Shown piece after piece: positions 26,674 through 36,010 of a DNA stretch of 64,000 nucleotides (positions are counted from its first letter, which is position 1; every line of letters starts with the position of its first letter). Origin of the DNA: a virus (lineage: Duplodnaviria > Caudoviricetes); the IMG/VR virus record IMGVR_UViG_3300028833_000058. One strand, written 5' to 3'. The translations under genes were made by a program, and so were the position numbers. The notes below the pieces were generated by a model, which made no database searches, had not been told where the DNA came from, and saw only the letters and a list, made by a program, of their open reading frames with translations.

Positions 26674-27433
26674 TGTCGTTCTCCTTCATTAACAAATCAT
26701 CGCCAAGTTCAATGTTTATCATAGGTATCTTGATTGTATATTTATGATACCTATTTTCACATGTAGTTGCCTTAAGACCCAAATCTGTAAACTTCTCTAT
26801 TACATTTTGTATATGTTCATTTATAATCTCTTGTATATCATCACCATCTAAATAGATACGTTTTTTATCCATCCAATGGGCTACATGCATTTTGCTATCT
26901 TTTGTAATAGCTTCTATTTGCTTTCCAAAGAGTTGTTCTACTATTTTCCGTTTTGAGCTTTCCTGTTGTAGCATTTTCTCCTTTTCACTGATAGTTATTA
27001 TTTCTTTCATATCACTTTTAAGAAATATAACTTTGTTAATGTTAATGTTTTGTTTTGTGTCATTTTCAAATTCAAAGCTACCATAACGCTCTGAAATATA
27101 ATCAGCTTTAAACGTGGTCAACATCTCAAGTTGAGAAAGAAGTGTAACCTCATCATTTATACTGACTTTACCGTTAGACCATTTTGTTATGCAATTAGTT
27201 TTTTCAAGCTCATTAATAACACAATCGTCTAAATGTATTCTGTAAAAACAAGACACTTTAAACAATCTATCTGTAGTTTTAGTTCTTGGTACCCTAGTCT
27301 TATATGTATAAAACCAGTCGTTGTTATAAAAATACAGGTATAACGGTTGGTTATACCTGTATACTTCTATACCATTTTGATTAAACACAAGTTCGGATTT
27401 AATCTTTTGTTCGTCAATCTTTATAGTGGACAT
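26663..27433 (-). CDS. paralogue family A member 4
   Basis: IKSELVFNQNGIEVYRY..LFGKQIEAI. Confidence 0.8.
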   Translation of the reverse strand: MSTIKIDEQKIKSELVFNQNGIEVYRYNQPLYLYFYNNDWFYTYKTRVPRTKTTDRLFKVSCFYRIHLDDCVINELEKTNCITKWSNGKVSINDEVTLLSQLEMLTTFKADYISERYGSFEFENDTKQNININKVIFLKSDMKEIITISEKEKMLQQESSKRKIVEQLFGKQIEAITKDSKMHVAHWMDKKRIYLDGDDIQEIINEHIQNVIEKFTDLGLKATTCENRYHKYTIKIPMINIELGDDLLMKENDNDC

Positions 27434-27444
27434 TTGATTCTCCT

Positions 27445-28854
27445 TTAGTCATCATCCTCATAATCAAAGCGGTCAGCCTTGATAAGTTTCGGTGGTATGA
27501 AATTCTTGTTGTTCAACACTAACCATACACATTTACAATAGTCAAAACGTGTTGTTGTGTCGTTATGCAATCTATCTTCAAAGTCACTGAATACTATAAG
27601 CGTATCAGGTCTTTCACTTCCATAATGTTTCTTTACCCATTCAAAGTTAGATGAAATGTCAGTTCCACCATAACTATTGAGCTTAAAGTCACCAATGATA
27701 TTTCTACTCCTTTCAGTGTAGGTGACTAATGTATCTTCGTGGACTTGAGTTGAGAAACACCAAGCGTCTATCTTGAATTGCTTAAACTGTGAAGCAATAG
27801 ATAACAAGTGATTCATAAAGCAGTTTAATTGTTTATCTGATATAGAGCCAGACGTATCAATAGCAACCGCAACCTTCAATATTTTTCTCTTGTCAGGACT
27901 TGGTAATATAAGACCTCTATATACACCAGACCTAGCAGGTTTCTTCCAAGTGAAGTCAGCTTTAGCAAAGGACTTGATATACTTTCTTAAAGCCTGTCGC
28001 CAATTAAATCTTACAGGTTTCAATACAAAGTTCTTTAATCTCTCTAAAGCAGTTGAGTTAGATGAATAGCCAGATTCACTTAAAGCAGTTTCTATTTGTG
28101 CTTTTAAGTCACTCATTTCCATTTCATTCAACTCAACTGGCATATGCTTATCAAGTTCAATTTGTCCTTTACCTTTTCCATTACCATCTCCATCTTCAGG
28201 CTTACCTTTACCGTTAGCCTTACCTTTACCATCACCTCCTTTAGATTTCTCTTTTGAATCGGAGTCAGTTTTGGAATTTTCGCCGTTACTTCCTTTGTCC
28301 AACATATCTTTCAAGGACTCTACAAGTTGTTGCATTTCGTCTATATTATCTTTAGACTGTTCAAGTAACTCTTTGTAGATTTCTTCAGCTGTCTTATTGA
28401 TATACTTGTCATCATACAATACCCATTCAGGTTTCCTACCAATAGGACTTGAAGTTCCATTGTTTTTATTGTTATACAGCAGACTATTGATTTCATAGTC
28501 AGTTGCTATATTCCAAAGTTCGTTTAGACATTGACCTTTAATAGAAGTATCTTTGAAGTCTATACCAAGTGCTTTACCTCTATCCCAAGTTAAGCCAAGG
28601 ATATGACTTAACTCGTGGGCAATAATAAAAGTCATTTGCTTTTTATCAATAGGGGTTTTAGCATATTGTTTGTTCTGCTCTTCAACACCAAACTCATTTA
28701 TGAAGATACATTTACCATCTGTCCAAGCACAATATGGCAAACTTGTATCATTAACCACCTTGTAACCAATTCTAGCTACAAGGTGGGCATATACTGGACA
28801 ATTAAACATCATATCAATTATGCTATTGTCCACCAATTCTCGTACATTAGACAT
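27445..28854 (-). CDS. HExxH metallopeptidase-like + VWA-like protein (DUF2201-type), copy 2
   Basis: AHELSH, WNIATDYEIN, G/K-rich linker, IDTSGS, GGTD. Confidence 0.85.
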   Translation of the reverse strand: MSNVRELVDNSIIDMMFNCPVYAHLVARIGYKVVNDTSLPYCAWTDGKCIFINEFGVEEQNKQYAKTPIDKKQMTFIIAHELSHILGLTWDRGKALGIDFKDTSIKGQCLNELWNIATDYEINSLLYNNKNNGTSSPIGRKPEWVLYDDKYINKTAEEIYKELLEQSKDNIDEMQQLVESLKDMLDKGSNGENSKTDSDSKEKSKGGDGKGKANGKGKPEDGDGNGKGKGQIELDKHMPVELNEMEMSDLKAQIETALSESGYSSNSTALERLKNFVLKPVRFNWRQALRKYIKSFAKADFTWKKPARSGVYRGLILPSPDKRKILKVAVAIDTSGSISDKQLNCFMNHLLSIASQFKQFKIDAWCFSTQVHEDTLVTYTERSRNIIGDFKLNSYGGTDISSNFEWVKKHYGSERPDTLIVFSDFEDRLHNDTTTRFDYCKCVWLVLNNKNFIPPKLIKADRFDYEDDD

Positions 28855-28867
28855 TGTTTTGTTCTCC

Positions 28868-30019
28868 TTAGCCTAATACAGCAGTTGCTACAAGGCTTAA
28901 TAAGTCTTTAGCGTCTGCATTTAAGTTGAATAAGTCAGGACGTTTGACTAACCTTGGTGAGTTGCACAAACGAGTTATATTCATAGCCTTGTTAGGATTA
29001 CTACTTAAAGCTCTAGTTGCCTTGATAAAGTTCAAGACATACTTTCTAACTTTAGTATCATCAGGCTCTTTGTTAATGGCTTGCATACAGTTAAGTTGTA
29101 CACACCAGAAAGCCATTTCATCCTCATTCTTAAAGTTCTCACCTTTCTCAAGAATAGATTGCCAAGATTGATATTTCTCACTATCCTTGATGAAGTTAAA
29201 TAATCTTGAGGATAGAGCTAACCCTAATCTACCTGTGGCATAGTATTGTTTTTCCAACATTGAGAAGTTAGGTAAGGCTATCAATTTCTCAATGACTTCC
29301 CAAGAACGTGGTGTAGGTATAATGTCTGTAAAAACACCATCTTCATCAACACTACTACCAATTCTGTCCTCAAAGGCTTTGGTATCAAACAATAATGAGC
29401 TATCCTGTGTTTTAAGGAAAGCTAATACCATAGGATTACCATCGTGAGCCATTCTGTAATTAAACCAACTGTCAAAGTCAGGTTTAACGTTAAAGTGACT
29501 AAACCTATTACAAAGAGGTAAGCTCAATTCTGTAACAGTTGAGTTATAGCAACTAGGATTAGCCGCTGCTACGATTACATACCCATCAGGTACTTTATAA
29601 TCGCCTAACGCTCTATCTTGAATCAACTGGAAAGCTGCGTTCAAGATTGAAGGTTGACCTTGATTTATTTCATCAAGTAGTATTGTGCCACCCTCATAAG
29701 TGTCATCAGGCCACATAGACGGAACAGCCCAAACTGTTTTGTCCTTGCCATCAATTCTAACTGGGATAGGAATACCAACCATATCCACAGGCTCTTTCAT
29801 TGACAACCGAACATCACAAACTTTCGGGTTCCAGTTCTTATGTTTGGCAACCTGTTCTTGATTCCATTGATAAACACCTTGGGATTTACCAATACCAGGT
29901 GCACCGTGAAACATAACTGAATCTTTCAAAGCTAAAGCCATATCAAGGATTCCTTTCATCCCAGGAATCTTCTCACCATCTTTAGTTTTGTTATCAATCG
30001 TAATCTGTTGTACCAACAT
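28868..30019 (-). CDS. MoxR-like/AAA_5 AAA+ ATPase, copy 2
   Basis: GAPGIGKS, LLDEIN, LCNRF, TPRSW. Confidence 0.88.
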   Translation of the reverse strand: MLVQQITIDNKTKDGEKIPGMKGILDMALALKDSVMFHGAPGIGKSQGVYQWNQEQVAKHKNWNPKVCDVRLSMKEPVDMVGIPIPVRIDGKDKTVWAVPSMWPDDTYEGGTILLDEINQGQPSILNAAFQLIQDRALGDYKVPDGYVIVAAANPSCYNSTVTELSLPLCNRFSHFNVKPDFDSWFNYRMAHDGNPMVLAFLKTQDSSLLFDTKAFEDRIGSSVDEDGVFTDIIPTPRSWEVIEKLIALPNFSMLEKQYYATGRLGLALSSRLFNFIKDSEKYQSWQSILEKGENFKNEDEMAFWCVQLNCMQAINKEPDDTKVRKYVLNFIKATRALSSNPNKAMNITRLCNSPRLVKRPDLFNLNADAKDLLSLVATAVLG

Positions 30020-30030
30020 GGTAGTTCTCC

Positions 30031-30855
30031 TTAATCAGTTGAAGTTGTTGTATCGTCATCTGTTTGTTTGGTGGTCAATTCTTCTTTGAATTTAATACCT
30101 TTGATTAAATCCCCATTGATATTAACATCACCAGCAAACTTACCTGTCAAACCTAATTCACCTAAATCTTTGAGTATGTTATTTTCTACAAACTCTTTAA
30201 CAAGGTCAGTTAGGACATTCTTTCCACTTCGCCAAGATATATTCATAACGATTTCTCCATCTTGACGAGCTTGCCAAAGTTTAACACCATATTTTTCTTC
30301 TATGGCTTCAATTTGGGCTTTCATAAGTGTAGTTATTAAATTGTATGTGTTGTCATTCCTTTCCCTTCTTTTTTCCATAGGTGATAATGTTACCACTTTC
30401 TCACCCTCTTCAAGTTTAAATAGCTCACAACTTTGAGTTTCATTTTTAAAGTTATAAGTGCCTATCTTATCAGGCTCACCATACACATTAACAAGTCTGG
30501 TATTGTATGGTGTAGAAAATTCACTCAAATCGTAAGGACTAGCCGCTTGGATTAACCGTTGTATTTTATCTTGGTCATACTCCCAGTTTGTATAATACTT
30601 ACTCTCATTCTTTACACCAACAGCCTTTTTGATTCCTATAATGAAATCACTTGTAAAGGTCATATAGTAGTAGTATTTAAACTTCAAGCACTCTGTTTCT
30701 CGCCAACCAATAGGTGTGTGTGAACTAGTAACTCTTGTTATATGGTCAACATCATTACCTCTTTTTCCTATATACACATATTGAGTTTTCTTGACTTTGT
30801 ATAGTGTCATCTGCTCATTTTGTGCAACGATTTCAGGTTTCACTTCTTTAGTCAT
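30031..30855 (-). CDS. paralogue family A member 5 (divergent)
   Basis: VKPEIVAQNEQMTLYK..LMKAQIEAIEEKYG..ILKDLGELG. Confidence 0.72.
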   Translation of the reverse strand: MTKEVKPEIVAQNEQMTLYKVKKTQYVYIGKRGNDVDHITRVTSSHTPIGWRETECLKFKYYYYMTFTSDFIIGIKKAVGVKNESKYYTNWEYDQDKIQRLIQAASPYDLSEFSTPYNTRLVNVYGEPDKIGTYNFKNETQSCELFKLEEGEKVVTLSPMEKRRERNDNTYNLITTLMKAQIEAIEEKYGVKLWQARQDGEIVMNISWRSGKNVLTDLVKEFVENNILKDLGELGLTGKFAGDVNINGDLIKGIKFKEELTTKQTDDDTTTSTD

Positions 30856-30868
30856 AGCACTTACTCCT

Positions 30869-31375
30869 TTAAAGTTCAGTTTCTTCATAAGTTATGTCAA
30901 AGTCATAGTGCTTACCATTATCACCATAGCACTTATGCCATAAGACGTGTTCCATTATCTCTGATAGCATAAACGCTTTAGAGGTAACTTTTTCAAGACT
31001 TACGCTATCTTTAGGCTCTTGAAGTTTAAGAGTATTCAGTTCATCATCTTTATAATGTTCGTCAACTATATGTATGTCATAACAGTCGCCACCGTCTAAT
31101 ACAAAGCAAGTATATTCATCATCATCAACTTCAATACTTCTTTGTGCTAAGATTTTCTTACCGTATTTCTTTTCAAGTTTTATACATAAACCACCCTCAA
31201 GAAACATACACATTTCAACTGTGTCAGCAATAGGTCTTAAATCATTTAATTCTTTTTCAAGACGTTTTTTACTAGCGTCAGACATTTCGTTAAAGTGTCT
31301 TAACATTCTGCTATAAATACCTTGACTTGGTGCAAGAGTTTTTATAGTGTCTATATACAATTCATAGTTTGTCAT
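30869..31375 (-). CDS. hypothetical protein
   Basis: LAPSQGIYSRML motif; RBS. Confidence 0.75.
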   Translation of the reverse strand: MTNYELYIDTIKTLAPSQGIYSRMLRHFNEMSDASKKRLEKELNDLRPIADTVEMCMFLEGGLCIKLEKKYGKKILAQRSIEVDDDEYTCFVLDGGDCYDIHIVDEHYKDDELNTLKLQEPKDSVSLEKVTSKAFMLSEIMEHVLWHKCYGDNGKHYDFDITYEETEL

Positions 31376-31506
31376 AGTCGTTACTCCTATTAGGTGTTAC
31401 TCATCTTTACCATCGTCAACTACAAGACCAATTTGTCCTGCTTGACTTCCTCGTAAAATCACAATGATTCCACAAGCAAGTCTTGTTTCTGTTATACTAC
31501 TCATGA

Positions 31507-31974
31507 CTAATCTCCTTTAACTAAATCTAAATTGTCGTCAAGTTCAAGGTTATAATATGTCATAACCTCTGTGATATAATCGTCAAACCCATACTTATGT
31601 CTGTATGAGTTAGCAATAAAGATGATTTTTTTAACATCAGGTTTCGGTTCGTTGAATCTGATATGTCTTTCAAGCTCTACCGAATAAGGGTGTTCACCAT
31701 ACGTCTTTTGATAGTTCTCAACAAACGCAAGTATCAAAGCACCATCAGGCACATAAGGTTCTTCAATTTGTTTAGGTTGTTCCACATAGTCCTCAACTGA
31801 TTCAGGATATGCCGTCATAACACAATCTTCAAATCTTAAATCAAACGCACCATGATGAGCCAAGTTTAATTGACCTGTAACTTGCTTTTCAACAATTTCA
31901 AGAGGATTATACCCTCTCGTGTCTTTAACATCAACTACAACATCAAAGACAAATCTTGCTTTTACTTTTACCAT
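31507..31974 (-). CDS. hypothetical protein
   Basis: GGAGTAACGACAATG start at 31974. Confidence 0.7.
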   Translation of the reverse strand: MVKVKARFVFDVVVDVKDTRGYNPLEIVEKQVTGQLNLAHHGAFDLRFEDCVMTAYPESVEDYVEQPKQIEEPYVPDGALILAFVENYQKTYGEHPYSVELERHIRFNEPKPDVKKIIFIANSYRHKYGFDDYITEVMTYYNLELDDNLDLVKGD

Positions 31975-32030
31975 TGTCGTTACTCCATAAAAAGAGCCTA
32001 CCATATTTCAGATAGGCTCTGCGTTTGTCA

Positions 32031-32933
32031 TTAATCTTCGTGGCTTGCTAATTTCAAAAGATAATCAGCCGCTTTTTGTGCCATACTACAAGCTGTTATT
32101 ATTGATTTTGGTTTGTCTTGTAAAGTCTTTATCCAACTTTCAATATATTTTAAATTGTTTTGGCTAAACATATAAGTATGACCAAATTCTTGAGCTATAA
32201 AACCTGCACCAATATCAGCTACAAGCTCTTCAAAGGCATAGCTCTCACTTCCAAACCTACCACTTAAATCTCTGTTGAGTCTTGATTTAGCACCAGACCA
32301 ATGCACCGTTTCGTGGCAAGCTGTCGGTATATATTCTTCAAGCATATCCTTGTTATATTGAGATAAGCTAGGAAGTTCAATAACATCTCTGCTCGGTATG
32401 TAGCAAGCGTGTCCGTGTCCTTCCGAATATACTGCACCTATTCTGTCAAGATAATTGTCTTTAAACAATCCAATCTTGTGCAAGATATTTTCGTCAATAG
32501 GCTCTTTGGTTTCTTCTTCAGGTTTATAATCCTGTAACTGGCACTCATTAAATACCGTATAATATCTCATAAACGGTATCATTTTTTCAATGTCATCACC
32601 ATTTTCATCTTTTTCATCAGTCTTAACCTTAACCTGTTTCCAAAAGATGATGTTTGTGCCTTTTTCACCCTTTTTAACAAACCGTTTAGCTTTCTTCCAT
32701 TGGTCAAAAGTTCCCCATTTGTTAGAGGTATATCCTTTTTCTTCACTAACGAAAGCAAGCAATACCATATTGAATCCTCTGTATAACTTCTTGCTTTCAA
32801 AATTAACACTTAAAGTATTAGAAGAAAAGAACGGTTTTACCCAGTGTCCTTTTCCTTTAACTTCTTCAAGCATAGCGATAAATTTATCAGCTGTGCTCTT
32901 AACAATTTGTTCTGTAACGTTTACCATTGTCAT
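32031..32933 (-). CDS. ardC: ArdC-family antirestriction protein (ssDNA-binding + zincin-like)
   Basis: YRGFN, WGTFDQW..VKKGEKG, YTVFNECQ, HETVHWSG..RLNR, YAFEELVA, YIESW. Confidence 0.9.
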   Translation of the reverse strand: MTMVNVTEQIVKSTADKFIAMLEEVKGKGHWVKPFFSSNTLSVNFESKKLYRGFNMVLLAFVSEEKGYTSNKWGTFDQWKKAKRFVKKGEKGTNIIFWKQVKVKTDEKDENGDDIEKMIPFMRYYTVFNECQLQDYKPEEETKEPIDENILHKIGLFKDNYLDRIGAVYSEGHGHACYIPSRDVIELPSLSQYNKDMLEEYIPTACHETVHWSGAKSRLNRDLSGRFGSESYAFEELVADIGAGFIAQEFGHTYMFSQNNLKYIESWIKTLQDKPKSIITACSMAQKAADYLLKLASHED

Positions 32934-33006
32934 AGTCCTTTCTTACTAAATTAGAGATAAGGTTTGAGCGGTGCTTTTAAACAACACCGCTCTTATTTGT
33001 TTTAGG

Positions 33007-33450
33007 TTAGTTAGCTTGAGCTTTGTTAATCATAGCTCTTACTTTTGCTCTGACTTCTTCTTTCATTGAGTCAATAGCGTCAAGTAAAGCTAATCCTTCT
33101 TCAAGCCGTTTCTTAAAATTAACGGCATATTCATCATCAGCTTTGATATTGACAGTATGAACGGTGCTAACCTTTGAGCATCTTTCAATTACTTCTTTAC
33201 CAACAATGCTTTCAAGCATTTTCTTATCAAGATTAACTCTTTCAGAGTCAATCACTTGGATTTCACCAATACCGTCAACTCTATAAGGCTCGTGAACATT
33301 ACCTTTGCTGTCTTGACCTACAACTGTCGTTTCCAGTTCATCGGTCTTAACTTTATCTTTTACAGCTTTCAAATTATCTGCTGTGATTTTTGCCATAAGC
33401 TGTGCGTCAACTAATGCACAAACTTCTGCTCTTGTTAATTTACTTTTCAT
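33007..33450 (-). CDS. hypothetical early protein
   Basis: First gene after promoter cassette; hairpin downstream. Confidence 0.75.
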   Translation of the reverse strand: MKSKLTRAEVCALVDAQLMAKITADNLKAVKDKVKTDELETTVVGQDSKGNVHEPYRVDGIGEIQVIDSERVNLDKKMLESIVGKEVIERCSKVSTVHTVNIKADDEYAVNFKKRLEEGLALLDAIDSMKEEVRAKVRAMINKAQAN

Positions 33451-33497
33451 AGCTCTATCCTTTCATAGTAAATTACAGTTTAACGGAAAGCATAATA

Positions 33498-33546
33498 ATT
33501 ATACACGTTTATCATCTTTTAGGCAAGTGAGATTCTTACAATTAAT
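33498..33546 (-). promoter_or_regulatory. early promoter cassette
   Basis: ATTAATTGTAA-N9-TTGCCT-N17-TATAAT. Confidence 0.8.
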
Positions 33547-33588
33547 GTAATACCATTTGTCTAAAAGCTGTGTTCATAGATTAAGAGT

Positions 33589-33632
33589 GTTGCTCTTAAC
33601 CCCCACCCCCCTCTAAAAGCGTTGCTCTTAAC
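33589..33632. repeat. 12-bp direct repeat GTTGCTCTTAAC flanking a C-run
   Basis: Copies at 33589-33600 and 33621-33632. Confidence 0.7.
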
Positions 33633-33658
33633 AAGGGGTATGGTATCCCCCCTATGCT

Positions 33659-33865
33659 TTACCAGTTTGAGCAAAGCATAGAAGTAATTTCATATTGACT
33701 TTTACCATTAAATGAGTTCAGCCATACCTCGCTGTTCTCTCTCAGTTCTCCCTCGTATCTCTTGTCCAAAATTGGTGTATATGAGATAGGTTTAGTATAT
33801 TCTTTTTTAGCTAGTTCAATCTTGCGGATTCTTTCAGCGTTTGATTTTAAAGTTTGTTTTACCAT
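33659..33865 (-). CDS. hypothetical protein
   Basis: GGAGG RBS. Confidence 0.7.
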   Translation of the reverse strand: MVKQTLKSNAERIRKIELAKKEYTKPISYTPILDKRYEGELRENSEVWLNSFNGKSQYEITSMLCSNW

Positions 33866-33967
33866 AATAGACCTCCAAAGTATTTTATATGTTAAAGTGG
33901 TTAATAAAAAGTTAATTGTTTATATTTCGGTTGATTTCAGTTAGCTTGTCTTATTGTCAATATATCC

Positions 33968-34371
33968 AAAAAAATCGGTAAAGCTAAACTAGACTAACTT
34001 TACCGACTAACTGGACTTATGACTTGACTTAAACCGAAAACATTAAAAGTCCGAAAAATAAATCATATAAACACTAAATACAAGTTAAGACTTAATGCTT
34101 ATATGATTTATTCGGTTATAAAGATTTTGAGATGATTTAGCTTTATTCGTTTTTTTTTATCTAGTGAGTCCGTTTGTTTTTTCTTTTTGTGGTATGATTC
34201 GGGGATTCGGTTTATTCGGTATTATAAAAAAAGATTCGGCGGTTTGTATAACATTAAATAAAAAACATTAATGAAAACTTTACCGCCGAATCTACATAAA
34301 AACTTATAAGAAAAAAAGCAAGCCAAAAAACACACGCCGAATCAAATCGGAGTCCGCTTGCTTGCTTTTTT
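33968..34371 (-). repeat. four consecutive large-loop hairpins, each followed by a U-tract on the minus strand
   Basis: Stems TCGGTAAAG, AATAAATCATATAA, AGATTCGGCGGT, AAAAAAGCAAGC with their reverse complements. Confidence 0.75.
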
Positions 34372-34405
34372 AAGGTTAGGTTGTTGTCCGCCTGTTTATG
34401 TATTA

Positions 34406-34453
34406 ATAGTATCATAAAAAACGATAAAAAGCAAATACATTTTTACAATTAAT
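34406..34453 (-). promoter_or_regulatory. early promoter cassette (outermost)
   Basis: ATTAATTGTAA-N8-TTGCTT-N17-TACTAT. Confidence 0.7.
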
Positions 34454-34641
34454 TTAGGGTATGGGGGGTGCCCTCCCCCCCTTGCCAGCCCTTTACACGC
34501 GAGGGAAGAATCGGCACACTCTGACCGAGTAGGAGCTTTTGCCGTCCCATTTGTTCCGTCATATCCCATTCCCCCTATTTTTTTGTCTATTCTGTTCGGT
34601 ATCTTTTGGTATTTTGCTCCCGAAGAAAACAACACCATGCT

Positions 34642-34664
34642 CTAATTAAGTCATTGATATTACG
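34642..34664. repeat. 23-bp element containing IHF consensus, copy 2
   Basis: CTAATTAAGTCATTGATATTACG. Confidence 0.65.
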
Positions 34665-35030
34665 CTATTATTATGTTTTTGTCGATTTGTCCGAATATGC
34701 TCATAATTTGTCCAAACCCCCTTCATCATACCCATATGTTACCCCCATTGTACCCCTAAGCATCGTATATTCAATGCTGTGTTTCAATTATTCCCTAGCA
34801 GTATCTCCCTTATGCTGAAGCATATATATCCATCTGCTGTTATCCAATCTCCCCACAGCTTCTCTATACATCCCTAATTCATGCTCTTCTGTTCCCCCAT
34901 TTTTTCGCTCTACAATGCCCATCTTCTTATTCCTGCTACAAATTATGCTCGCTTGCAAGTATTCCTCTGTACGAGCTTCTTTTCGCTTTCTTTCGTATTT
35001 TTCTATTTACTCCCTCTGATTATTTTCTGC

Positions 35031-35059
35031 TTTACTTTTTTCTTTTTTTCGTTTATAGT
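35031..35059 (+). promoter_or_regulatory. sigma70-type promoter TTTACT-N17-TATAGT
   Basis: Upstream of + strand paralogue array. Confidence 0.65.
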
Positions 35060-35109
35060 GTGGTTTGTAATATTATGCCCTAATGTATTTGAAAGGACTT
35101 ATAGTAAAT

Positions 35110-35385
35110 ATGACAGAAAAAGAATTAACGCTTGAAGAGCTTGAAGCTAAGTTTAACAGAGCGATGGAACTTCATGATGCAGAAATATATTACAATGGTT
35201 CTATTATGGCATTAGAATCATTGAGAAGAACTTTTATTGAATCTAAAGATAAAAGTATTACGGTTAAAGAATTAGTAGAAGAACTTATACCTGGTTTTAT
35301 TAAAGTTGTAATTGAGGAACATGAAGCTTTAGTAAAAGAAATAGAGGGTAAAAGTTATGTAAAAGATAAAGCTACTCTTAATTAA
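35110..35385 (+). CDS. paralogue family B member 1
   Basis: YYNGSIMALESLRRTF..LIPGFI..EEHE. Confidence 0.75.
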   Translation: MTEKELTLEELEAKFNRAMELHDAEIYYNGSIMALESLRRTFIESKDKSITVKELVEELIPGFIKVVIEEHEALVKEIEGKSYVKDKATLN

Positions 35386-35392
35386 AATTATA

Positions 35393-35713
35393 TTGGAAGA
35401 AAGGACTACGGTGAATATTATGACTAAAGAAGATTTAAATGAAGATACACCTACAGAAAAAGAAGTGAAAGAATTAAAAGAATTAACGACAATTATATTT
35501 TATGATGGATATACCAGAGGATTAGAAGATTTTGCTAAAGCGTTAAATATGGCAGCAGCAAGAATTGGAAAGAATAATTTACCCGTAGACTTAATTGTTA
35601 ATGAACTTATACCAGCTCATGTTAAATGTGTATGTAAGAAACGTGATGAAATATTAAAAGAAGTTGATAATGAAGGACAATGTTTAACAGTAAATAACGT
35701 TATTCTTAATTAA
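35393..35713 (+). CDS. paralogue family B member 2
   Basis: FYDGYTRGLE..NELIP..KRDEIL; start uncertain. Confidence 0.7.
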   Translation: MEERTTVNIMTKEDLNEDTPTEKEVKELKELTTIIFYDGYTRGLEDFAKALNMAAARIGKNNLPVDLIVNELIPAHVKCVCKKRDEILKEVDNEGQCLTVNNVILN

Positions 35714-35741
35714 TTTTGTATTTGGAGAAAGGGTTTGCGCT

Positions 35742-35987
35742 ATGAGTGATAAATATAACATAGAACTTCATGATACAGAAAAGTATTATGAAGGTTATAT
35801 TGATGCATTGGAGTACATAAGAAAAGGGTTTATTTATGACCAAAATGGGATTGGAATAAAAAATTTGAGCGTCAATAAATTAGTTAAAAGGACTATGCCT
35901 AGAGAAATTGAATGGGCAAAAAAAGAACGTGATAAAGCTATTGAAGAAATCAAGAAGAAATATGCTACATATATAATGTGTAATTAA
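35742..35987 (+). CDS. paralogue family B member 3
   Basis: YYEGYIDALEYIRKGF..MP..ERDKA. Confidence 0.72.
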   Translation: MSDKYNIELHDTEKYYEGYIDALEYIRKGFIYDQNGIGIKNLSVNKLVKRTMPREIEWAKKERDKAIEEIKKKYATYIMCN

Positions 35988-36010
35988 GTTACGGAAAGGA
36001 TTTAACTACA

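Noticed and set aside
33900-33915. CtrA-like box GTTAA-N7-TTAA (and a near match at ~20975)
   Set aside because: TTAA-N7-TTAA is expected many times by chance in AT-rich DNA and does not recur at the promoters
34396-35082. ORFs 34396-34638, 34606-34818 and 34881-35135
   Set aside because: No RBS; low-complexity translations of compositionally skewed non-coding DNA
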